DNA of 64,000 nt, from NCBI RefSeq assembly GCF_009914755.1, contig NC_060927.1; one strand, written 5' to 3'. Below are positions 29,358-44,929 of this stretch, piece after piece (positions within the stretch are counted from its first letter, which is position 1; each line of letters opens with the position of its first letter). The DNA comes from the human T2T-CHM13v2.0 reference genome, Homo sapiens. Below the pieces are notes generated by a model that was not told the DNA's origin, did not search any database, and saw only the letters and a program-made list of their open reading frames with translations. The position numbers and the translations under genes were made by a program.

Positions 29358-29655
29358 TTTTTTTTTTTTAAGACAGGGTCTCAGTTTGTCACCCAGGTTG
29401 GAGTTTGGCTGTGTGATCACGGTTCATGGGCTCACTGCAGCCTCAAACTCCTGGGCTCAAGCAGTCCCCCTGCTTCAGCTTCCTGAGTAGCTGGAACTAC
29501 TTGCGCTGCTGTGCTTGGCTAATTTTTAAATTTTTTTTGTAGAAGCAGGGTCTTGCTGTTTCCCAAACTGGTCTTGATATCCTGGACTCAAGTGATCCTT
29601 CTGCCTCAGCCTCCTAAAATACAAGGATTACAGGTGTGAGCCACTGCACCCAGCC
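29358..29655 (-). mobile_element. Alu (AluJ-like)
   Basis: Antisense Alu consensus. Confidence 0.86.
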
Positions 29656-29984
29656 TCCTTTGAGGTTTTCTATCTCTTTACTCATTTTCCTACTTTCTTT
29701 CTACATTGTTTTCTTGCCTTTCTCTGTGTCTTCTTTTAGTTCTTTGAACACCTTTAAGGTAGCTTTTTAAAAGTCTTTGTCTATTAGGCCCGTCTTCTGA
29801 TCTTTCTCTGGGAAGGTTTCTGTTGGTTTATTTTTTTTTCTTTCATATAGGCCATACTTTCCCATTTCTTTGTATCCCTTTTTGTTGTTGAAAACTGGAC
29901 ATTTAAATCTGCTAATGTGATAACTCTGGAAATCAGATTGTCTCCTTTCCTCAGGATTTGCTGGGTTTTTGTGTGTGCTTGTTT

Positions 29985-30657
<673 letters not shown>

Positions 30658-31453
30658 GCACAGTGATTTTCTAAATTCCCCATTTATATGGTTGCTTCTG
30701 AATGTCCTAGTCCTTTAATGTCTGGCTTCCAAAAAGGGAGAAAGAGAAAAATGAAGAAATAAAAATAAAAGGCCCTGGTCTTTTAAATCCCGTTTAGCCT
30801 GACTGCGGGGAGCAGTGGCCTCTAGCTATTGGGAGGGAGGTGAAACAATAGCTGCCTGCTTCTGTGTCTGTATCTCAGTGATCAGAAAGCGCAATTAGCT
30901 GTCAGAGCATAGATACCTGATAGTTGGAGGACAGGTCTTATTGCCCGAAAGCTGTGGAACACATGCGTGTCTGCCTGGAGATTGGGGAATGGGTAGTCAC
31001 TGCTGAACTAAGAGCTGAAATTGACTAAAAGTAACAGCAGTTTATTTTCAGGCCCTTTCCCTGGAACTTGCAAGCCTTAGAATGTGCTCCAGAGTTCCAA
31101 AATACTTAAATAAGACAGATTATACTAGTACAATTGTTGTCTAGGTGGAGAGAAGATTCTTGTTGCTTCCTACTCTGCTTTCTCCCCAGAATCCTCTAAT
31201 GTTTTTTAAAGGTTTCATTAGAGTTAGAAGAGTTCTTTTTCTCCTTAATTTTGAGGAACTCAAGAATAGTAAGTTCATTATAACTCAAAGAAAATCCATT
31301 GGAGACCTTTTATTTAGCTTTTATCTTCAGTTAGCAAACATTTATAGAAGGAATTTGTGTTTCAGATCTTTTTTGCGCCCTAATGTGACAACTAATGTGA
31401 CAACTTCTGGCTTCCAGCCAGAAGATTTTGGGACTTGAAATTGGGAGATCGCT

Positions 31454-31866
31454 TGCTATGGTTTGAATGTTCTCTCCAAATCTCATGTTGAAATTTGATC
31501 CCCATGTTGGAAGTGGGGCCTAATGGGAGGTGTTTGGGTCGTGGGAGTGGATCCCTCATAATATATTACTGCCATCCCTCTTGAGTAAGTGAGTTCTCAC
31601 TATATTAGTTCCTGTGGGAGCCAGTTGTTAAAAAGAGCCTGACACCTCCCCATTCTCTCTCTTGCTTCATCTCTCGTCATGTGATCTGTGTACATGCTGG
31701 CTTCTCTTTGCCATCTTTCATGGGTGGAAGCATACTGAGGTTCTCACCAGATGAAGATGCCCAATCTTGAACTTTCTAGCCATGAGAATTTTGAGCCAAA
31801 TAAGCCTTTTTTCTTTATAGATTAGCCTCAGGCATTCCTTTGTAGCAACACAGACAGACTAATACG
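31454..31866 (+). mobile_element. MST-family (MSTB-like) MaLR solo LTR
   Basis: Starts tgctatggtttgaatg, has tctcatgttgaaatttgatcccc, ends gcaacacagacagactaatac. Confidence 0.82.
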
Positions 31867-32264
31867 TACCTTAAGGAGGCTTCATCAAGTAGATCGCATT
31901 ACTACTAAGGGGTAGTAGTAGTGAGAATGGAGATACATGGATTCATTTGAGTCCTATTGAGAAGATAAAAGGGACATGATTTGGTCTGTGGGGGGTTGAC
32001 GTAGTAGCATTAATTAATCCAGACAGCTGGATTTATGGTGGTACTTTTTCTTGAATTATAGGTCACAGAAGCACAAAGTATTGTAGGGAAAGGTGTATGA
32101 AGATGTGCCTATGCAATAATATTGTAGAAGTTGCAAAGTTCTTTTATACCCAGGATTTTTAAGTAAGAATGTACGGAGTGTACTGGTTCCCTGTAACTCC
32201 AGTAGGTCTTATGGCTTGCATAGGCCAAAATGATAATGGGAGGCATGATAAACTTTAATAGGGC

Positions 32265-32904
<640 letters not shown>

Positions 32905-33083
32905 AGGGCTAAGTGGTAGAGTCCTAAAACCATTTTGTGATTAAAAATGACATAAGCTCATGGAAGGCATGAGGGGGAATTGGAATTAAGTGCAGCAATT
33001 AATATGAAAAATTCTCAAATGTTATGATTAGTCATAAGTTAAATACGTCTGATATTTCAGGTTAACACAGGTTTTATGTATGT

Positions 33084-33208
33084 GAACTCACTCAAGAGGG
33101 ATGGCAGTAATGTATTCATGAGGTATCCACTCCCACAACCCAAACACCTCCCATTAGGCCCCATTTCCAACATGGGGATCAAATTTCAACATGAGATTTG
33201 GAGAGAAC
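33084..33208 (-). repeat. Inverted duplicate of MST LTR segment 31469-31596
   Basis: Manual alignment: a 32-bp identical block, few mismatches overall, and shared idiosyncratic text (gagggatggcagtaa). Confidence 0.8.
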
Positions 33209-33837
33209 CTTCAAGTAAGCATATTCAGGTTTTATGAATATGCTTACTAGAAGAGATGACACAATCTAAACCTTATTAATAATGTAAAGCATGGGGAAAT
33301 TATAGTCAGTGTTCTCTGTGTTAGTTTGTGTATGTTGTTTTGGAAATATGTATAACTTGGAGTGACACTGAAATATAATAATTAGATTAGAAGGGTAAGG
33401 ATCAGAATGAGGGTTTAGTGTAATGAAAAACTTAGAAAATAAAAGAGTTTGTTTAGTTCAAAAAATTGAAATTGTAATTTTGATACTCAATAAAAGAGAC
33501 TTTTTTATATTATCCAGTTCAATTCCCTTATTTTGTAGATAAGGAAATGGAGTTTCTGGGAGGTTGGTATGACAGGCCCTGAGTGATCACTAACGGCAGA
33601 GCAGTGGCTACAACCCAAGTGTGTGGCTAGGAGGGAAATTAAATATATTATAAGCATATTTTGCTTATAGGGGCAGCCAAACAGGGCTGAAAACTAGGGT
33701 AAGATAAACAAGTTGCCTAAGGTGAAATATTGTACATTTGTAATTTATCAAATGTATTCATATGTAATATGTAAACATAGTATAAAATGTGGAGCATTGG
33801 TTCAGTTTATGTGAGAACAATGTGGCATGTTCTGTGT

Positions 33838-34042
33838 CAAGCTTGTCCATCCTATGGGCTGCATGCAGCCCAGGACAGCTTTAAATGTGGCCCAACACAA
33901 ATTTGTAAACTTTCTTAAAACATTATGAGCTTTTTTTTTTTTTTTTTTGCTTAATCAGCTATCGTTAGTGTATTTTATGTGTGGCCTGAGACAATTCTTC
34001 TTCCAGTATGATCCAGGGAAACCAAAAGATTGGACACCTCTG
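33838..34042 (-). mobile_element. MER30 hAT-Charlie MITE
   Basis: caagcttgtcca...aaaagattggacacctctg, the reverse complement of MER30. Confidence 0.85.
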
Positions 34043-34973
34043 TCCATGTTAAGCCTCATAGATCTTTCTCAGGCCTGGCCTGGTTCCTATTCTCATTTTT
34101 TCCTTGAATCAGATCTCAGAGACTATATTTTACTTTGCATCTTTAAAGTTGTTTTAACCTTCACAATCCTTTGGGGGTTTTTCTCCAGCTTTTGAAAAAT
34201 TGGAGAATCTAGACCATCTTCCTAGTGCCCTCCACCTTATAGCCCATGTAACCAAATATGAAAGCAATTTAGAGATAATAGTAAAAGGGAAATAAAGGAT
34301 AGTTCATATCTTACACTTTTCCTGTCATGCCTCTGGTTTCTAGTTTGTGACTCCCATTTTACTTTTGAGGGTCAAGTTACCTAGGTCAGTTCTCTCTCCT
34401 TAGGTAAAGGTCACGTTTCTTTATTTATAACAGTTCTTTCCCACAGCACTTACGAGTTAGAGGTGGTTTAGGTTGAGTAAAATCTCTGCTTCCATGTCTC
34501 AGGAAGATAATTCCCAGAACCTTCGCAATGGATGACAAATACATCAGTAAGCTCTCACCAAATATTAGTGCTTCCCTTTTTGGCATCACCCTTTGTGAGG
34601 AGAATAAGACCAGAATCCATAGTCTCTATCTTACAACCAGTGGGTGTAAATTTCTTGTGTTGCTTCTCTGGATCTGTCCTGTTTTATACCTGACACCTGG
34701 CCTGTCCCCAGGATCATTATTCTTTTTGTTCTTTACACCCTTAGAGTTCAAGGCAGGCCGTTTGTTTTTATATTACATTTAAAAATAAATTGTTTATGTG
34801 GAGCATTCTGGGAGCTTAGAGTTTGTAAAGTGAAAAGATGGGTGGTTTTATTGATCCAGCAAGAGTTGGCTAAATGTATAGCTAGGTTTCTTCTGATATT
34901 CTTTATAGATACATATCTAAATAATATATACATATTATCTCTTAGTTCATTTCTATTAAGATAAATGAAGATA

Positions 34974-35510
34974 CAGTCAGCCCTCCACATCTCTGGGTTC
35001 TGCATCCACAGATTCAACCAACCACAGGTAAAAAATATTCTGGAAAAAAAAATACACTAATTAAAATATACAAACAAAAAACCCAATACAGTGAAACAAC
35101 TATTCACATTTTATTATATTAGGTATTACAAGTAATCTAGAGATGACTTAACGTATACAGGAGGTTGTGCATAGGTTATGTACAAGTACTAGGCCATTTT
35201 CATATAAGAGACTTGAGCATCTCTGGATTTTGGTATTGGGGAGGAGGAAACTGGCACTGATTTCCCTTAGATTAACCTTATCCAACCTGTGGCCTGCGGG
35301 CTGCATGCAGCCCAGGATGGCTTTGAATGCAGCCCAACACAAATTCACAAACGTTCTTAAAACATGATGAGATTTTTTGGTGATTATTTTAAGCTCATCA
35401 GCTATCGTTAGTTTAGTGTATTTTATGTGTGGCCCAAGACAATTCTTCCATTGTGGCCCAGGAAAGCCAAAAGATTGGACACTCCTGCCTTAGATACTGA
35501 GGGCCAACTG
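34974..35510 (-). mobile_element. MER2 DNA transposon interrupted by MER30
   Basis: cagtcagccctcc...gtaatctagagatg...gatactgagggccaactg with TA on both sides. Confidence 0.8.
35273..35487 (-). mobile_element. MER30 hAT-Charlie MITE nested in MER2
   Basis: MER30 sequence with a perfect 8-bp TSD CCTTAGAT (35265-35272, 35488-35495). Confidence 0.88.
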
Positions 35511-37632
35511 TATTCATTCATGTAACCTTTCTTGGCCTCATTGTCTTGATAAAGTGATATATATTCAGTGTTTTCACTAATGACCGTGTAACCATGTGAG
35601 TATTGTTCATTACTGGCTCACCTCCTATGATTAAATTTATTTTCTTGTTTAACTTAGTTTTTCTTGAAATTTATAAAGTTCTCATTAAATAAATGATGGT
35701 TCGTCCGTACAATGGACTACTCAGCACTAAAAAGGAGTGAACTACTGATTTACACAACACAAATGAAACAAATGCATTATGTTAACTGGAAAAGCCAGAC
35801 TCAGCGTCTGCATAAAACATTCTGGAAAAGGCAAAACTACATAGGGACAGAAAATAGATCAATAGTTGTCACAAATTAATGGTTGGGGATGGGTTTGAAT
35901 ACAAAGCATAAAGCAATTTTTTTTTTTCTTGAGGGGGAGTGATAGAACTGTTCTTATTTTCTTATTTAGATTGTGGCAGTGATTACATAACTCTTAAATG
36001 TTTGTCAAATTTTATTCACAACAAACAGTGAAAATCTTACTGTATGTAAAATAAACAGCAAAAAAATATATGGCCCTATTTTTATCCATCTATTATGTAT
36101 CATTCCTCAATATATATTGACAGTTTTGTAGATCTTACAAATACTGACAATGTAATTGAATTTCATGTAGCCTCTGGAATCTCTAGTGAAAAGGGAAATT
36201 AACATCCTAGTATTATGAAAATAGTTTTGGCTCCGTAGACCCCTTAAGAGATCCACTTTAGTAACCCTTTCTTAGAGAACTGCTAATGTAAATACATGAA
36301 TAATGCTAGACAAAACACCTGAAAACATGTTCTTTCCCAAACTACTTTTATAAATTCTATAGGTATAGCTATATATTAATGACACAAAGTTTGTCAAATC
36401 ATTTAATCAGTCATATTGTGTATAATTTGTAAACTGAGGAAGGGTACTGTTGGCTGTGTATATAGGTCATGATAAATATGACCTTTTTTGGCAAGTCAGT
36501 AGTTATACCCTAAGGAAAATGTAAGGAACCAGCTAGCAATAAAATAAAATTCTAAAGGGAAATCTCTTGTTCAGTTTTAGATTCTGTTGTACTTTAACAC
36601 ATAACTTGACAATTTCCTGCTTCTGATAAGAATCAGCTAAGTAACAATACCCAAGTGACTAAGTCCGGAAGTTTGGTTGGGGTACAGATCTCACAGTAAA
36701 CAATGAAGGGGGAGAAAGTCCCCAATTAACTAACTTGGATATGCTGTAAGTAATGCAAAAAGACAAGGCAATTCATAAGATGATTTTATTCTCTTCAGCT
36801 TTTTAAACCCTAGTATCTCATCAAGTAATTTTAATTGGTAAATACTCTTACTAATGAAACAACTAATGAAACAGATCCCACCACTGGGAAAACAAAAAAT
36901 TACAGGCTAGTCAGAAATAAAGGCTACTTAAAAATTAAGTTTTTCTTCTTTTTTTTTTAAAAATAGTGTAGGTCAAATAAAATTCCATCTAATTCTGTCC
37001 ACTTTTGGAAATATCACTTTGAAATCATCCCCAATATGAGAAGGCACAAAATAATGACAAAGGCAAAAGTGCTGTGCATAGCACAATTCATTCACGTATT
37101 CACTCAACAAATGTTTATTGAGTAGTTAGTGGAGACTAGGAGACAGAGCAAAGGAATGAGAATAAAGAAAGATAAGCAAAAAGTTTGCTCTTAAAAAAAC
37201 CTCAACTATAATTCTGTTTCTTTGACAAACTTATAAATATCTTAGGTATATAAGACATTACTGTCTATATGATTATTTTGTTAGGCATTACAGAATATTA
37301 CTTATTACCCCTCTGAACTATAATAAACTGATCCAAGATCAGTATCATCATCCTATAATCTGAAGATTATTACATTTTATCTAAAGAAAGAAGCCATTAT
37401 GTGACTACAAACGTAAGAGCAATAATCTTGCTAAATTATGAGCAATTAGATATAAACCACCAATTATGAAAACGTGTAACATAATGAATTTATTGTCATA
37501 ATTAACACAGCAAACATGTAAGTACATTAATTGATCTAAGTCTTATATACTATATGGGAATTAAACATAAATGGCCTTATAGTTGATTGTAATCATATTT
37601 TTAAATTTCTAAAAAATTGTGGTAAAAACAAA

Positions 37633-37790
37633 TGTTATGAACTGAATTTTGTCCCTTCAAAAATTCACACATTGAAGTCCTAACCCCCAGTAGTTCATAA
37701 TGTGACTATATTTGGATATAGTGTCTTTAAAGAGGTAACTGAGGTAAAATGAGGTCGTTAAGATGGACCTTAATCCCTTATGACTCCTCT
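37633..37790 (+). mobile_element. MLT1-family LTR 5' fragment
   Basis: tgttatgaactgaattttgtccc...ttgaagtcctaacccccagt...aatgtgactatatttgga. Confidence 0.7.
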
Positions 37791-38305
37791 TCCTGGTTCA
37801 CCTGGCTAGAAATATTGGCATTAAGTACATTCACATTGTTGTACAACCATCTATTTCCAGAATAATCTTCATCTTGCAAAACTTAAACTCTGTACCCATT
37901 AAACAGTAACTCCCCTGTATATAGATAGCCAAACTACCAGTCATGTATGAGAGAACAAAATCACTTTCAGATATGCATTCTAAAAAATTTAATTCCAATA
38001 TATTTTTAACTCAGGAAACAACTAGAGGACGTGCTCCAGCAAAATGAAGGGTAAAGCAAGAAAAAGTAAGACATAGGATCTAGGAAGCGGAGGAACTGTG
38101 GGCAGTAGTTCCAATATTGGTTTCATTTTCTAAACTTTTGCTGTGGTATTTGCATCTTTGCTTTATGCAGGGATGTGTGGGGCTTGAGTGGTGTTTATAT
38201 TGTACTTCATTTCTTAGTGCCTTTGTGATGCTTCTTTGGATATTCTATGCATGTCCAATTTGGGAGAGCCCAGTACTTGTGTTGGTCCATAACTAGAATT
38301 ATAGA

Positions 38306-39215
<910 letters not shown>

Positions 39216-39974
39216 TCTAGGATATGGGGAAAAGATATGAACAAGCACTTTACACAGAAAAACAAATGTAAATGTCCCTTAAATATGGGAAAAGAAATCA
39301 CTGTAATAAGAGAAATACAAATTACAACTCTGAAATACTATTTCTCCCCTATTAGATTGGCAAAAATCCAAAAGATTGACAACATAGTTTGTTGGCAAGG
39401 CTGTGGGGAAATAATCACTGATATATTGTTAGGAGTTTTTAAAAATAGTTTATGAATACAGAATTTAGCAGTATCTCACAAAATTATACAAACTTTAGCT
39501 GTAACTCAACATTCTTCTATGATTCTAACCCAAAGGTACACTAACAGAAAATCAAAATGACACATGTATGAGGCTGTTCATTGCAGCACTATTTAATCCC
39601 AGAAAATTACAAACAACCCATTGACCATCAGTAAGGTCTAGTTGAAGAAAGTGCTACTTACATAATGATGACGCACTCTGCAATTGTTAGAAGTAGTAGA
39701 TGTATTAGTAAAGGAAGTCTCATGTGCTGCTGTGGAATGATCTTAAGGATAGATTGTTAAACTGAAAATGAAAAGATTCAGGCAATATAGTCTATGCCTA
39801 TGTGTATGTGTGTGTGTGTGTGCGCGCCTGTGTGCATGTGTGTGTGTATGTTTTGTTGTGGGGGTAGATAAAAATTAGAATTTTCAATTTTCTTATATAT
39901 TTTTCTTGAATACTTTCCTTAAATTATTTAAAAAAAAATAGAAACATAAACCAAAACAAATAAATAGCTGTCCA

Positions 39975-40264
39975 GGCCGGGCGCGGTGGCTCACGCCTGT
40001 AATCCCAGCACTTTGGGAAGGCCGAGGCAGGCGGATCACGAGGTCAGGAGATCGAAACCATCCTGGCTAACACAGTGAAACCCCGTCTCCACTAAAAATA
40101 CAAAAAAATTAGCCGGGCATGGTGGCGGGCACCTGTAGTCCCGGCTACTCGGAGGCTGAGGCAGGAGAATGCCATGAACCTGGGAGGCGGAGGTTGCAGT
40201 GAGCCAGGGTCGCTCCACTGCACTCCAGCCTGGGTGACAGTGCAGTGCGAGACTCCGTCTCAAA

Positions 40265-40295
<31 letters not shown>

Positions 40296-40296
40296 A
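39975..40296 (+). mobile_element. AluY with (TAAA)n tail
   Basis: ggccgggcgcggtggctcacgcc...gagatcgaaaccatcctggctaac; TSD aaataaat(a/g)gctgtcca. Confidence 0.92.
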
Positions 40297-41461
40297 TGGC
40301 TGTCCAGTGGGGTGGATGGGAGAGGGGAGAGAAAAGAGAAGGTATGGAAGAAGACCTCTCTAAATGTTTTAAATATGTTTGATATTTAAGCATATTTAAT
40401 GTTTAAACATTCATATAAACAATATTAAACATAATGTTCAAACATGTTTGATATTTAAACATCTACCTTGCTTGATAGTTTAGCTTTTAGAACCATCCAA
40501 ATGTTTTACATAATTATGAAACAATTACATTTTAAAAAGGGAAAATAAAGTGATCTTCAAAAAATGAAAACAAGTGAGCCTAACTCTACGTCCAGTTGGT
40601 GTCATAACCACACAGAAGTATATATTCTACCTTTTCTGTAAGGTTTTATGTTTTAGGGTAATAGAACAATAAGCAAAATTTTTCTTTGAGAATAATCACA
40701 GTTTCTGAAAGCAGGTAGAGCTAGCACATCATCATTATTGAAATAGTTGATCTAGGCAGTGATCATCAGTGGCAGGTAAAACCATTGGGTAGAGGTTTGA
40801 TGGGGGAACTTTATAATAATGGATAAATCAGTTCAGTGCTACAAATCTACCATTCAGTCTTAACATCACAGAAAATGGTTCAGGCAGACATAATGTGCCT
40901 CCTAATAAATGGCAATAACAAGTACACAAGAATACTTAACGAATTATTCTTGCAACAATGACAAAACAACCTAGAAAAAGTAAAGCCTCTAGAAATAATT
41001 ACCAGTTTATAGGAGATAGGGGGGATAGAGGAACACCATGAAAATATACACTAGCCAAATTCACGATGTGGGAAATGCTACAGGACAAGTGAAGCCAGCT
41101 TCTTAAATAAATGACATAGAGTGGGGAAAGAGAACAGTGTCAGAGACTTAAAACATGTTAGCTTAAGTGCAATATATCGACTTAGTTTGGATCCCAGTTC
41201 ACACCAACTGTAAGAATGTTTAAAAAAATACACTTAGCAAAAATTGAATATTAGCATTAGATGAAATAAGTGTTGCAGGAGTTCTTAATAAAGGAACACC
41301 TTTTCAAAATGAGCTTTTGAAAATATACTGATAATTTAATTTTAGTATAATTGACTTGTTTGCAATCTTATATATTTTTATGCATCAGAAACATTGTGAG
41401 TAGAGGTTCTATGTTTCACCACACTGCCATAAGGCAGGAGGAGGGGAGGTCCATGGCTTAA

Positions 41462-41586
41462 CCCATTTGTGCCTAGTGTTCCATTATTGGAACGCTAAGC
41501 TTGTGAGAGTTATTTATATCATGCTCAAGGTCGTCACCAAGGTCTGATTTTTCACACAAGAAATTGCAACCTCCGGCATATATGGG
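41462..41586 (+). mobile_element. MER85 (piggyBac/PGBD3-derived MITE)
   Basis: TTAA|CCCATTTGTGCCTAGTGTTCCATTATTGGAACGCTAAGC...CCGGCATATATGGG|TTAA: TTAA TSDs, terminal inverted repeats and the internal palindrome. Confidence 0.92.
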
Positions 41587-42941
41587 TTAAAAAGGGGAAA
41601 AGGTCAGGAGCCCTTGATTTGTTCATTTTTGAGGGGTATGGGTTTTTAATCTGTTAGTGCTTAATGAAATCATGGGATTCCAGTTCCCCCACCAAAAATT
41701 AGGGGGATAGCTGAACCACAAGGCATAATATTGATAAAATTGGGTGATAGGTATAGGATTCATTATACTATTCTCTTCTGTAAATGTTGAAAAGTGCCAT
41801 AATTATAAAACTTAAAAGCATTATATAAATTTTTAGTTATTATACCAGTAATGTAGTAGAATGCTATTTTTGTACATTCTGGGGAGGACTAGATAATATT
41901 GGTAATACTTTTGTCACCCTGATAGGTAAAGTGTGGTATTTCAGTTTAGTTTTCATTTCTTTAATTATAAAGATATTCAGGATCTTTTGAATACTTTTTG
42001 ACTATTTGTGTTTTCTCTTTCAGTTTTTATTTTAATTAAACTTTTTATTTTGAGATCATTATAGATCCACATGCAATTCTGAGAAACTTTAGAACTTATT
42101 GCGAGATCCAGTGTATGCTTTCCTCCAGTGGCAATACATCTGGCAGAAGTATAGTACAATATCACAATAATATTACAAAATTTCTTCATATTGCCCTTTT
42201 ATAGTCATACTTACTTCCCTCCTGTTCCTGCTGCCCCGTTAACCCTGGCAACTACTAATCTGTTTCTAATTTCCATATTTTGTCATTTTGAGAGTGTTAT
42301 ATAAATGGAGTCATATAGTTAACCTTTGAGATTGGCTTTTTTCACTGAGCAGTTATAATTCCCTGGAGATTCATCCAGGTCGTTTTGTGCATCAATTGTT
42401 CTTTTTGGTATGAACGTACCAGTTTGTTTAATTATTTGCCTGTTGAAGGACATCTGGGTGGTTTCCGGTTTTTGACTGTTAGAAATAAAGTTGCTGTTAA
42501 CATTCATGTAAAATGTGAACATAAATTTTCATTTCTCTGGGATAAATACCCAGGGGTGCAGTTGCTAGCTTGTATGGTAGTTGCATGTTTAGTTTTATGA
42601 GAAACTGTCAGACAATTTTGCGGAGTATCTGTACCATTTTACATTCTCATCAGCAGTATACGTGTGATCCAATTTCAACTTACCCTTGTCAGCATTTGGT
42701 ATTACCACTCTTAGCCATTCTGACAAGCGTATGTAGTGACATCTCAATGTGGTTTTAATTTGCATTTCTTTAATAGCTAATGATGAATACCTTTTCATCT
42801 GCTTATTTGCCATCTGTAAATCTTCAGTGAATGCCTCTTCATGTTTTTTTGCTCATTTTCTAGTTGGATTTGTTTTTCTAATGTTTCTTTAACTTTTCTA
42901 ACTGCTTAAGATAGATACTCAGTTCATTAATTTATTTTTAG

Positions 42942-43276
<335 letters not shown>

Positions 43277-43664
43277 GCTCTTTTTGTTTTTTAATGTTAC
43301 TATTTAAAACTAAAAATCTGTCTATATACACTCCTCTTGCTACATCCCACAGAGTTCGATGTATAGTTTTTAAAATTATTTACTTCTAAGTATTTTCAAA
43401 ATTCAATATGATTTCTTCTTAGATTCATTAGTTTTTAGAAGTTTCCAAACGTGGTATTTCAAAAGTTATCTTTTTGTTATGGTTGTTGGAGAATATGGTT
43501 GTAGGATATCAGTTACGTGAACATTGAGACATTCTTTATGGCCTGGCATTTGATTGCTTTTTGTATGTGTTTCATTTGTTTTCTATTTGGAAGCAATATT
43601 CTGTATATGTCTATTAAATCAGACTTGCTGGTTGTGATATGAGTTCTTCTCTAGCCTTAATAAT

Positions 43665-43973
43665 GTTTTTATTTATTTATTTATTTTTTTGAGACCAAGT
43701 CTGGCTGTGTCACCCAGGCCTGGAGTGCAGTGGCACGATCTTGGCTAACTGCAACCTCCGCCTCCCAGGTTCAAGGGATTCTCCTGCCTCAGCCTCCTGA
43801 GTAGCTGGGATTCCAAGTGTGCGCCACCATACCTAGCTAATTTTTGTATTTTTAGTAGAGATGGGGTTTCACCATGTTGGCCAGGCTGGTCTTGCATTCC
43901 TGACCTCAGGTGATCCACCAGCCTCGGTCTCCCGAAGTGCTGGGATTACAGGTGTGTGCCACCAGGCCTGGCC
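43665..43973 (-). mobile_element. Alu (AluS-like)
   Basis: Antisense Alu consensus. Confidence 0.9.
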
Positions 43974-44224
43974 GTTTTTATTTCTTTGTTTTGTTACTCT
44001 GATAATATGTTAAAAATTGTCCTCTGTGGTAATGGGTTTGTCAAGATCTCCTTGTGGTTCTGTCAACATATTTTGAAACTATCTTGTTACTAGGTACATA
44101 GAAGTTTAGATATTGTAATTGAGTAGAACATTTTTCATTGGGTAGTGAACTTTATTGCTAGTAATGGTTTTTGCCCTTTAAGTTTTGTTTGATACTAATA
44201 GAGCAACACCAGTCTCTTTATTGA

Positions 44225-44520
<296 letters not shown>

Positions 44521-44703
44521 ATACAGTCACAGTCTCTTTAAATTACTATTTGCCTCATGTATTTTTTTCCATATTTTTTACTTTTCATCTTTATGTCTTT
44601 AGATTTTTAGGTGTGTCTCTTTTGAAAAGCATGTGAACTAATACTACCTCAACCTTACATAAAAATATTTTCCATGTGTTTACAGTGCTGAAGCTGCTGA
44701 AAG

Positions 44704-44929
44704 ATGGCAGAAGAAGTGGTGGTAGTAGCCAAATTTGATTATGTGGCCCAACAAGAACAAGAGTTGGACATCAAGAAGAATGAGAGATTATGGCTTCTGG
44801 ATGATTCTAAGTCCTGGTGGCGAGTTCGAAATTCCATGAATAAAACAGGTTTTGTGCCTTCTAACTATGTGGAAAGGAAAAACAGTGCTCGGAAAGCATC
44901 TATTGTGAAAAACCTAAAGGATACCTTAG
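44704..44929 (+). CDS. NCK1: NCK adaptor protein 1, first coding exon (exon spans 44686-44929; codons 1-75 plus 1 nt; SH3 domain 1)
   Basis: Translation [43 protein letters not shown]...KNLKDTL is the NCK1 N-terminus. Acceptor tttacag ends at 44685, donor G|gtaag at 44929/44930; 226 coding nt (phase 1). Confidence 0.98.
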
